Assembly: GCA_002633005.1 (NCBI GenBank) | Contig: NMRA01000027.1 | Span: 533,275 to 597,264 of the forward strand | DNA: 63,990 nt | Source of the DNA: Phoronis australis | Lineage: Eukaryota; Animalia; Phoronida | Reading direction: 5' to 3' | Part shown: in pieces, positions 11,701-23,700 of the stretch | Numbering within the stretch: the first letter of the stretch is position 1 | How the letters are laid out: each line of letters begins with the position of its first letter | Notes under the pieces: generated by a model | Seen by the model: only the letters and a program-made list of their open reading frames with translations | Databases searched by the model: none | Told to the model about the DNA's origin: nothing | Position numbers and translations under genes: made by a program

Positions 11701-14700
11701 CATATTGTAGTTAGTTCTTGGTGTATGCTCAAATCAGTGTATCATCTTTCCATGATGTACTTAGTTCTGTTTGCTGTCCTCTCTCCAAAGATTGTCATTC
11801 TACTGGACTTTGTTGTTTTCCAATCTAGATGCAGACGCGTTGTCGATCCAAAGACACGTGCTCAAGGAGAGTCATAATATTTATTACAAGTCTCAACTAC
11901 TATCTAGCGTGACAGTTCCGACTGTCAAGTCTCGTAAGGTCTACTGTTACATATCACCGAGGGTAGGTATGAGTCGGGTCGTGTGACATACTGGGTCACA
12001 TGCTAGCGCATATGTTTGAATTTATGCCCATTAAATTGGGAAACACAAATTTAGGGAGTGGGTATGAAACTTAGTGTACCAGAAACATGGGTGTTCAGTT
12101 GTTGGTGAATATGGAAGAAAATCCTGGAAAGTATTTAAGTGTCAACCCAAACAGACTTCGTAAAGCTGCAATTAAATTCATGTCCTAAATATTTTTGTTG
12201 TATGCCATTGTATGCCATTGTTTTTTTTCATATACAATGATTAAGGCACCTTTAAACCTGCCTTCATTTGTCAAAAAATTGTCATTTGATAAGGATCAGT
12301 CAGTCCACTGTACAGTTGACCTCAACTTGTTTCTTACTCAAATGAGTAATGATTTCTGGACTATGGAAGTATTGACGATTCAACAGTGCTTGAGACTTCA
12401 GAGCTCTGCATGTAAAATGGCATGCTGGGATAGGTCAATTTATCTATACGGATGTCAAGCAAAACGAATTGTCAGTTCTTTACAAGGCCAACAATCATGT
12501 CTACTGCAAGTAATAAACATATTGAAGACCTGACTTGTAGTCGTGGTGTCTTTAATCAGAAGTTGTTTTTGCAGAAGGTATGTTATAGCCGCCTTGAGTT
12601 ATTTAAAATTGTTTAAAAACAGTTTTATTCGTCCTCGAGCTTGTTGATGAGTGTAACCTTTTCATTTTGAGATTAACTTGGCTTGATTATCAGAGTTTGA
12701 TCTACTTTTACCATTCAATGATCCAAAAAGTATAATTTTTATTGACTACAGTATGAAAGATGTTGGTTGTTCAAATATGTCATTCTCTGTATTTCTGTCT
12801 TTAGCAACTAACCATTAAAGAGTTTTACCTGAGGATATTTCCGAAGCGACTACATACCTTCAGGGTGTGTCCGTCAACAAAGGTAAGTCTTGTATTTGTA
12901 GTAATAATGTGCCGTGTTATTACTTTTGATCAATGGAGAGTACCAAAATTGAATTGTTTTTTTCTGGTATGAAGTCTATACTAAGAAATTCACACGATCA
13001 TGTCTGTCAGTTTTTCTCAAAGCAGTATGTTATGCCAAAAATTATAATTCTAAACTTCTCACAGTAAATTTCTTAATAATGTCTTTGCGGACCCACACGA
13101 CTCCATCTTTTGGGAAATGATGACTGGCTGATTCCAGTAAAAATTGCCTTGCCCTCTGTTGGTGTCCTGTACAACAAGTCGAGCGGCCTTGACCAAGAGT
13201 CAGTCAATTTGATGCAGCCATGTATATTCAGGGAGGGATTCTAGACTCACCCTCACGACATCTCTGACAGCCTTCTAACATGTTTGCAAACTTTCTGTCT
13301 GGCATCCTCGTGTTTGCTGTCTCAAATGAGTGTCCAGTGTCACTAATGTCTTGATGTCCTGCAGACTTTAAGCCCCTTGCATTAGCCCTGTGATGCCGAG
13401 GCATGCAATTTCTGAGTGATTATTTTGTATCACACATAGATGAATCTTCATATTCCCCAGCATCACACAAATGTGAAAGACCTCTTTACTGTCAGACATA
13501 TAAAGAGAATTTTCCAAAATTTTTTGCACTATATAACTCAGAATGTTGAAATGTTTGTTTTACAGTGCACTTTATAGCTACCCTTTTTGTTTCAGTGCTC
13601 TTGTATTTAAACAGTTGCCTGTTTTGACTTGCTAATATCACGTGATCTAAAACTGTAATTTCATGTCATTAATTGATTAGTTTGATCAGTATTTTAGCAA
13701 CCGGAAAGTAGGGTTGATTTATTAGCCAAGGTCACAGGCTGCGAACTTGTGAAGAATAGTTACACAATTTTAGCTAACAAAATTACTGAAACTTGTCTAC
13801 GCTATTTCAAAACCCAATCTATTTGTCACTTAAGATCATAAAATTTATTTAAAGGCTTTTGTAAAACTTTCAAATTATCTGTGCTCAATGCTGATTTCAA
13901 TAATTATACACTGCTTACAGTTTGAGTTCAAGTGTATGGACAATAGCTTGACCAGTTCAACGCCTGATGATGAACTGAGGGGCTTCAGTAGTCAACCCAA
14001 ACAGCGTGTAATCATTGATGATGGAACGCAACCTCCTGTAATGTTAGAGTCAAAGTATGCTCACATGATCGCAGCAACATTCACAAGCTTTCTACTTAAA
14101 AACATAGGTATGGCTTCATAACTGTATTATAAAAAAGGGAATAAAGTTTGTTATTTTCATGCGCCCTCGTATCCATAATGTGGGCAAATATTGCCATCAT
14201 CTCTGTCTGGGCATTTGCCGCAGTTTCTTCTAGATTCTTTGCAGGATCACATTTTGACAGGTGTGTTCTGGTGGTGACAGATGACAACTAGTTTCGGACC
14301 GATTGGACAATCGATGTGCCCCCTACTGGCAATTTTAGTTTTTACTTATCTTCAAAGTTCCTCGATGGATTTTCATGAAATTTGGTAAATAGGTGTCTAT
14401 GAAGTAGATGACGATGTCTTTTTTCCATTTTCGGCCGGATTTGATATATTTTGCGCCACCTAGGCCAGTTTTTGTTTTTGAGTCTGTTTCTGATGTCAAT
14501 TTCTTTATCCACCAAACTGCTTAAAGGATCAGTATGAAAGTTGGCAGATGTGTTTTTGCCAAGAAGTTTGGATGTCGCTGATTACGTGAGCCCATCTACT
14601 GTTCCAGTGGTACCCCTAGTTTCGATCTCGTTTTTTTCGTCTGCAGCTGGATCTTTGTGAAATTTGAAAAGTGTTATTCTGCGGATGTGACAACAGAAGA

Positions 14701-17700
14701 TGACTGCTTTCAGGCAAATCTGTCTACTATGGCTGTGTCCCCTGCTGACAATTTTATTTTACTTGTGTTTATTTCTGTGTGTTTAGAGTTCCTTGACAGA
14801 ATTTCATGAAATTTGGCAATTGGGTATCTATTATGTAGACAAAGACACCTTTCTACTTTCGGACGGATTAGACATATTGTGCACCACTTAGTGGCCATTT
14901 TTATTGTTTGCGAGTCTGCTTAAAGGATCATTAGATGTTTTCCTGCTAACAACAACGTGAGTGAGGTTGTTTTTTGGATGAGTTCAACTTCTGTGGCTCC
15001 TCCTAGCGGCATTTTTTTCATCCACAGTTGTTTCTTTGTGAAACATGACAAGTGCATTCCTATGAATGTGGCAACAAGTGACAGTGTCTTTCGTATGGAT
15101 CATTTTGGCAATTCCATTTTTTATGTTAACTTTGACTCTGCATCACGGACAAATTTTTATGAAATTTTGCAATAGATTTCTGTGAGGAAGACAACACGGC
15201 TTCCCATTTTCAGACTGACTCAACTTATTCTGTGCCTCCTAATGTTTTGTTTGATACTTATAAATTTCCCTAGAAGCGTACAATTTGCGGTGCATCCGTG
15301 GGTGCATTTCAACGCATTGCTCTTAGTGGGTCATAGTGAGTCAGTTTTGGTACTACGTACCGTATTTGAAATCAGACATAAACTTTTTGGAGTTGTACAA
15401 AAAGCATTTTATAATTTGTTTGTCTTGTTATGAATGTGTTTTGATCCTAATGCGAATGCATTGTATTACTGTTTATGAACTAGTTATGAAACTATTTCTC
15501 ATCTGATGAAATTATTTAATTAATGATGTAAGTATTGGTTCGCTGGGTAAATGGTAATTCTTGTGTTTTTAGGGGGCTCAGAGACATTTAAAGACAAGCG
15601 AGAGTTTTTTTACAGTGAACTGAGGAAAATGCAGCACAAACATGCACACTCTACTAAAGCAGTTCAGGTGCAGCGTTATCGACTGCTAGAGTCGGTGAGT
15701 GTACTAAAGCAGTTCAGGTGCAGCGTTATCGACTGATTAGAGTCGGTGAGTGTACTAAAGCAGTTCAGGTGCAGCGTTATCGACTGCTAGAGTCGGTGAG
15801 TGTACTAAAGCAGTTCAGGTACAGCGTTATCGACTGCTAGAGTCGGTGAGTGTAACGTATTAAGTACACCCGCTCATCGATAATTCAAGTGCACCTTTGT
15901 GGACTGTTGCAGTTGGTGAATGTAATATATTAGGAACACACACTCACTGATAGTAATTTAAGTGCTGTGATATCACTTGTTAGTCAGTGTAACTCTAGCT
16001 GCCAATACACAGCAGCTGTTGTCACTTGTTGTTTCTTAAATATGTATTTGCATGCTCCTAACTATGCTAATGTATAGCAGGAACTAAAAGACAATGCTAT
16101 TTGAATATCATCTTCACTAAACAAAGTGCAGTTGCATTCGTTGTCAACTTGTAAATGGGAAAACAAAAAATTCTGCAAATAAGTGACCTTTACACTAATG
16201 ACGTACCTTGGGGGCTCATAGCCCGCATCATGCAGTGTTATTCCCCAGCACCACGTCACGATATTTACTGGACACGGTTGAGTGATATACGACAGATCGT
16301 TTTCAACACAAAAATTGTAAAAAACATTTGGCAATTTTTAACCTACTTCATATTCACATTTTCGCTATATGTTGTGTGTCTAACTAATTTTACCGAGCAA
16401 TAACGGAGATAAGTAATTAGCTTGGAAGTTCCACTTAAGTATGCATCAATTTAATTGATTATTTTCTGCAAAAAATTATCTGGTATGATGTGGCTGCTGA
16501 GTTGAAAGTGACAATATCTAACCATGTCTGTGTCAGTATCTGTTGCTTGCTGGATAAAGATATCTTGATGTCTCCTGTTGGCTGGTTTTAATTGGTATTA
16601 CAACTGACAATTTGTTGGGATCAATAAACGTTCTCTAATATGAATGGTGAAAGCCATATTAAGTCTTCCAGTGCTGTGTGCAAAAATAAAATAAAGTGAA
16701 AATAAAACCAAGTTATATCAGAAATCATTAACTTCCCCCGTGATTAGTTAAAGTATTACTCACAAGGGGGCATATTGATCACAGATTGCTGTGCAGCTTG
16801 CCATGCTTAGAATGACATTCTGTCACCGGAAAAAATGTCTTGGGTGCCAGGCACAAAGAAGGGGCTAGTATGCAGTGGACTTTACTTGCTAGGTAGAATT
16901 TAAACACCTGCACACCTGAGCAAATAGAATACAGCATTTAATTACCTCCAATGTTGGACTATTTTAAATATAACTGATCTGAGCCATGTGATATACATTT
17001 TCTTTATTGTCGCAAACAAGATTTAGCAATTTTTTGTTGGATTGAGAGGCTAACACCTTAAACCATAAACCACGGAGGGTTTTAAACGGCATGTCTGTGA
17101 TTGTTAGTGTTAGATGCCATACTACTAATTACAAATGAGTTTAATTTGTTGTTGTAGTCATTCAAAGCCACTGAGTCGTTCACGTTAAGTGACTGGCTTA
17201 AACGCTTTGAAATTCAATTTACGGGTGAGGAAGGCTTGGATTGGGGTGGATTGAGAAGAGAATGGTTCGAGCTGATATGTGGCGCTCTCTTTGACCCATC
17301 GCAGTCTGGACTTTTCCGGCAATTCAAGGATGATTCTCAAGGGCTTGTAAGTAAACACTACGGCAGTCGGACTTCTACGCTTGTCTTGTTTTGGAACTAT
17401 GCCAAATAATGTTCCAGATGTTTAAAGTTTTTTCTCTCTGTTGTAACTGGATATTTTTCCCAGTGTATCTGTCCAGGGTATTCTTATGCCAAAATTTTGT
17501 GTCAGAATCACATTATTTTTTTCTATGGTAATGAGAAGCGACCATGCCTTATGGTTTCAATACTTGATGATAGATGAAATGTCATTGTTGACTTGATTTT
17601 AGTATATTGTGTCACTATTCCCAGTGACATATGGCTGTAATATTTCTAGTCTTGGAATAGTTACAATGAGTATAACTGTGCAATGTCACCATTTCCAGTG

Positions 17701-20700
17701 CCTGCCCAACGCTGGTCGATCAGAATCTCTGAAGCTTAAGTTATACGAATTTGCTGGGAAGATTGTGGGCAAGTGTTTATACGAGTCAGCACTAGGGGGC
17801 ACTTATTACCAGGCAGTAAAAGCCAAGTTCGCTCGCTCCTTTCTTGCTCAATTAATTGGATTACGGGTGAACTACAGAGTAAGTAGTGCAAGGTTGAATT
17901 AAATGCATCTAGAAAGTGATTTGATTAGTTGTTGTAAAATGAATCTAAACCAATGTGACTGCTTGTCAGCGATGTGTTCTATATGATGACCTTGACTGTT
18001 CCTGTGACATTATTCCCTTTCAACTCGGATCATATTAGCTTTGTCACGTTTTTCCCCGTGTGTGTGTGGGCGCAGCTTGTTACAGACTGGTGCTAATAGC
18101 TTTCGGTGCGATGATTGACTGAAGACGGGTTCGAGTTAATCCTTTATTAATCCCGACCGTACGATCACAAGCCTACTCAAACAAAATGTCCGACATAGTG
18201 TCTGGTTATGCTCCAGCCAGTGCTGCGAAGCCTGGACTTGTGATGAACTTCTGAGACACTTTCAGCAACTGTTACACTCGTCGATTCAATAACCTGATGT
18301 CTCTGTAGCTGGCTCTCTATTGACTATCGCTGTAACTGCTGATTTTCTTCACTGCAGCGCAACTGTAAACCTCCTGATAAACTTTCTTGAACTGACTTGA
18401 TCTGACTTGATCTCCCGACTTGATCTGATTAACTCAAACCTGTGTTTGTGTATTTATAGCCTAATGCATTGTACTGGAACTTTACATCAGTTCAAGCACA
18501 TTCTAGAACTTTCCCGAATCTACCTAATCATTCTACAAACATATACTAGTCTCTAGAATATTCCAGACTGCATTAATCACTGTCATGCTAGAGTCTTCTA
18601 GAAAGTTCCGCACTATACTGCAGTAAACAAATTACATCATCACTACTGAACTCGGTCTACTAGAAAGTTCCATACCATACTATTCTGTAGTAAACAAATT
18701 ACATCATCATTGTACTATAACTCAGGGGTCATGCCAATCAAACAGAATAACAAAACAAAACAATACAACTAAAAATACTGTCACACACACACACACGCAC
18801 ACACACAGACACACACACACAGAGGCACACACACACACAGGCACGCACACACACACACACACACACTGGTGTTGACTGACATGAGAGACATAGCAGTGGT
18901 CAATAGGATTTAAACAGTTTCTAGTTTACATAAACTGTGGAAGACTCTGGAATTCATTATGTTGGTCATGTCACTGTTGGCAGATATTAAAGAAATAAAA
19001 CTTGATTTGTTTGTTTCAGTANCACACACACACACACACACACACACAAACATACATACACACACACACGCACTATATTGGGTAGTAGTAGTAGAACTCA
19101 AAGTGTTATGAGAAAAGGTTAGAAAAGTGCTGGAGTTTACTTGGTAAAGACGCATGTGTAAACTTGTATTGTCATCTACACAATGCTTTCTGTATGGTGA
19201 TTACAGGCTATACTGTTCTTCACTAACATGGACTGCAGTGTGTAGTGGAATAACAGCTGCTAATACCTTTACATGTGAAAGTCTTGTTTTGGGTTAACAG
19301 CTAGTTTTGATAGCCCTCACTTTGTCTTTGGTTAACACACTTCTTGTATTTTCTGGTCAATCTGTCGGTAGACTAACATTGTCGCATCAATAATTAGAAA
19401 ACACCTAGGACTATGGTCTCCAATAGTCAATAGGGGGAACGTTGACCCACATCAGTCTGTAGTTGACCCCTGGTGCTTTTGAGGTTGTTAGGTGAAACTA
19501 TTATGTCAGATTGGCCTTCACCACAATATGTATCCTATCAATGGGATTTTCCCTTGATATAGACAGAATATCTATGTAGGCCTTGTCTTATTTTTCCATT
19601 CATGAATGTTGTTGTCAAACTGTGTCTGTATGCCTTACAATCGTACATTGTATTAATTTTTCTGTTTGCAGTATTTTGAACAAGATGATCCTGACCTGTA
19701 TGTGTCAAAGGTTAAATATTTTGAAGAGAACGATCCTGAAGAAATGGAAGTATTCTTTGTGGAGGAAGAGTATAGCAGCACAGGGCAACTATTGAAGGTA
19801 TTGTTTCAGGATAATGGTGAATTACCAACTAGTGTAGGTATTGTTACTTGCTGATGGTGAATTGTCAACTAGTGAAGGTACTGCTCAAGATTATTTACCA
19901 AAAAAGTAGACTGAAATTTTTATTCACTAATCAACTGCATATGTATTAAGAATAGGAGCAATTGATGAGCTGACAAAGGTGAAGAATATCGATGAAAGGA
20001 GTCATTTTGAAGAAGGCAGTAGGGTGTGAAACTGATGTAATAGTCAATTGATAGTAAAACTGAGTCATTGAAGCCTGTCATTCACTGTTAGCATATTAGA
20101 TAGGGTACAATTAATATATATGGTTTCAAGGTGACAAAAATGTATTCCTTAACCCCAGTAAAACAACGCTCAGTGGAAGTCATCCCAGAGTCTCACTGCC
20201 CCTCTTATTGTGGTCTGTTTTTCACAAATACTGTATCTAGGTCAATAGTCAATACAGGGCCCTTGATCTCCTGAGGGTAAGGGTGCCAGTGCCTTTCAAG
20301 AGGAGAATGGGAATTTGTTGTTTGAGTGGAAAATCCCCCTCACCGTTGTCACCACCAATTCCAACCCCTGTCACCACCCGTCATTGACAAATGGTTTAAG
20401 TAGCCAAAACTAATATTTTGTAGAAGGAGTGATTCTAACCTTGTGGGGATTTTTTTAATCGTTGGATGAGAGTTTATGTGTCAGATGAAGGGATTTTTTT
20501 CATATTATAAGGGAATGGGGGCCAATATTTGATCCCAAAATCGAGCCATCGAAGGCTCCGCAATGCCAAGTTACTCTCAGCTTCTCAGCTGGAAGACTAA
20601 AAATTTAAGGTTAGAGGCTATGGAGCTTAACATACATGTGCTAGAAAGATGGGTTTTCTTTTTATGGTTTAGAGTTTAATGAAATACCACTTATGGTATG

Positions 20701-23700
20701 GTGGATGGTACTGAAGCACTGGTATGACTCCCCGTATAGTGATTAGTGTAATGCAGTGTTTTCTGGGAGAAGTAGATTATAGATGGAAATGCCACGTACT
20801 AATGATTGGGACTTATTCTTGTTTATTTTGAACTAGTTTGCCTCGGTCTTTGACAATAACTTTGTTCAATACTGCAACTTAAAATTACTCATCAATTGTT
20901 CTTCTTTTCATACTTACCAGACTGTGGAGTTGTGTCCAGGGGGTGCCACCATTCAAGTGACAAAGGAGAACAAACTTAAGTACCTCAATGCTCTCGCCCA
21001 GTACCGACTAGTGGACAGTGTCCGAGAAGAGGTTGACAGGTTCTTGAAGGGTCTGAACGAGATAGTGCCAGACAACCTGTTGAGTATTTTTGATGAGAAC
21101 GAATTAGAGGTATGTAACTGAGTGTATACATGTCTGTGATATTCTAAAGGACATCCTGAAACTTGAATACATTTTATTTTGATTTTAGGCACCTCAGTCT
21201 GGTGTTTGCCCATCTGTTGTCTGCAGCTTTATCCTTTGTACCCCTTGCAGAGTTGTTGTGAAATGACAACTTTTAGACGGATGCTACAACAGGTGCCTTC
21301 TTGTGACAATTTAAAATTATTATGCACAACATGTTCATATTATGTAGGTGCATTATATTGTCATTCCTGTCTGTCTCTCCAGCTGTCTGGCCAAACGACG
21401 TCCTCTGCTGTACGTTTGAAACCTTTCATAGATGTTTAAAATATAATGATCATAGCATGTACCTGCACTGTTTGCTATGCACACTGTGGGGGCACATCAA
21501 CACACAGTGATGCTCTTGGTTATGTTTACCTCTGCGTCTAAGTTCCTTGTCAGACTTTTAGGAAATTTAGTGAATATATAGTTATCTATTTAGTAGATGA
21601 AAATGCCTACACGGTTCCGGATGGATAGAACGTGTGTGGCACTACTTAGTGGCTATTTTTCACCATTATTAGTCTCTTTGCTGTCTGCCTCTTTATCCCA
21701 AAAGCTGCTAAATTTACAGAAGATTATGTTCCTACTGAGAAGATGTTAATTTTCATATGGTTTCGACTACTGTGGCACCCCCTTGAGGCACTTTTGTTTT
21801 TTGTGTTCATGGCTATGTCTTTTGAACACCTTGCAGGATCTTTGTGAGATCAGGCAAGTGTGTTTCCATGAACAACAATGTAAAAGCTTTGAAAATTAAT
21901 GGTCAACATTCTGGGCCTGTGTTAGCTTCTGTCACCTAAGTTTATTCACTTAGAATGAATATTTTGCTATTTCAGTAGCAACTGCATGGTATAGACTTCT
22001 GAATTTTGGTTTGTTGGATATTGTTACTGCTTGCAAANNNNNNNNNNNNNNNNNNNNNNNNNNNNNNNNNNNNNNNNNNNNNNNNNNNNNNNNNNNNNNN
22101 NNNNNNNNNNNNNNNNNNNNNNNNNNNNNNNNNNNNNNNNNNNNNNNNNNNNNNNNNNNNNNNNNNNNNNNNNNNNNNNNNNNNNNNNNNNNNNNNNNNN
22201 NNNNNNNNNNNNNNNNNNNNNNNNNNNNNNNNNNNNNNNNNNNNNNNNNNNNNNNNNNNNNNNNNNNNNNNNNNNNNNNNNNNNNNNNNNNNNNNNNNNN
22301 NNNNNNNNNNNNNNNNNNNNNNNNNNNNNNNNNNNNNNNNNNNNNNNNNNNNNNNNNNNNNNNNNNNNNCCTTAATGTGTCTGCTCATTAATTGTATAAA
22401 AAGACTTATGGATTAAAGGCAAAGGCAACCTTTTTTCATGTCATTTTAGCAAAAAAAAGTTTTGTTGATTATCCCAGACACATTTTTCATTTAATTATAA
22501 CAGCTTTTTGTAAAATAAACAAATTATACTCGTCCTTTACTCCGGAAGTGAAGTTTTGGGAGGCAAGTATTTCACTCCAATTTCTTTTCATATAGTATGA
22601 CTGTGAGAGCTGCCGAGTCAGTCATTGTTCTACCTCTGTTGTAATTAGTTCAGTCGTTGTTTGTTTTTGTTTACGAGTCAGTCAACATGCCACACTGTTG
22701 CTGCGTACCGAGATGTACTCATTATCATCTCAAGGACTGAGGAACAATTGTCCCACTTGCCCGAGTTTCCCGCGACACACTCTCACTGGATGGTGACTTG
22801 AGCACACGAACTGCTTACATCCCACCGTGTGACTCCCTTGCCACACACCTGGCACCTTCTAAATAGTTCCAATACTTTAGACATGTCCTCAATAAACTTA
22901 TCAAAGTTTGGCTCACTGATCTATTCATTGGACAATGAACTGTCCTGTTCACTGGGTGTTGAACGGGGCCTGTATTCACTCCCTCTATTCAACATCGCAG
23001 CAGGGCTGCTTACGGGCTCTGGGTGATAATGAGTATATCCCGGTACGCAGCAACAGTGTGGCATGTTGACTGACTTGTAAACAAAAGCAAACGGCAACCG
23101 AACTTTTCACAGCCGAGGTATAATATTGACTGACTCAACAGCTCTCACAGTCACACTATATGATTGAAAAGAAAGTAGCGCGAAATTCTTGCCTCCCAAA
23201 ACGTCACTTCTGGAGTAAAGGACGAATAATTAATTAAATTACGAAAAGATGTAATTAAGTGAAAAATACATCTGGGATAATCAAAGAACCTTAGTTTTGC
23301 TAAAAATGACATGAAAAATTTTGCCTTTCCCTTTAAGCCCCTGCCAAACCATGATAATTATAAAATATTTATAAGCATTGCCCTTGTTTCAAATGCATTT
23401 AATTGATCGTTTATTTACAACTTACACTTTACTTTCCTCAGCTCCTCATGAGTGGCACTGGAGAATATAAAGTGTCTGACTTGAAGGCTCATCATTCATC
23501 ATCAGGGTCTGGACCAAGGTTCACCAAGGTACATGGAAATATGTGGTTCATATTGATCTACTGTAGTTGTGTATGTTTGTATTATTTATGTTGTATTTTA
23601 TGGTAAAGTGTGAAGGGATACTCCAACTGACAACAAAGGAACATTCCTGCCTACTTTGGGCCTTAACAATGAAAGTTGTGATGTGAGCTATTTATTTTGA

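Noticed and set aside
21972-22416. Long ORFs of X residues
   Set aside because: They span the N gap.
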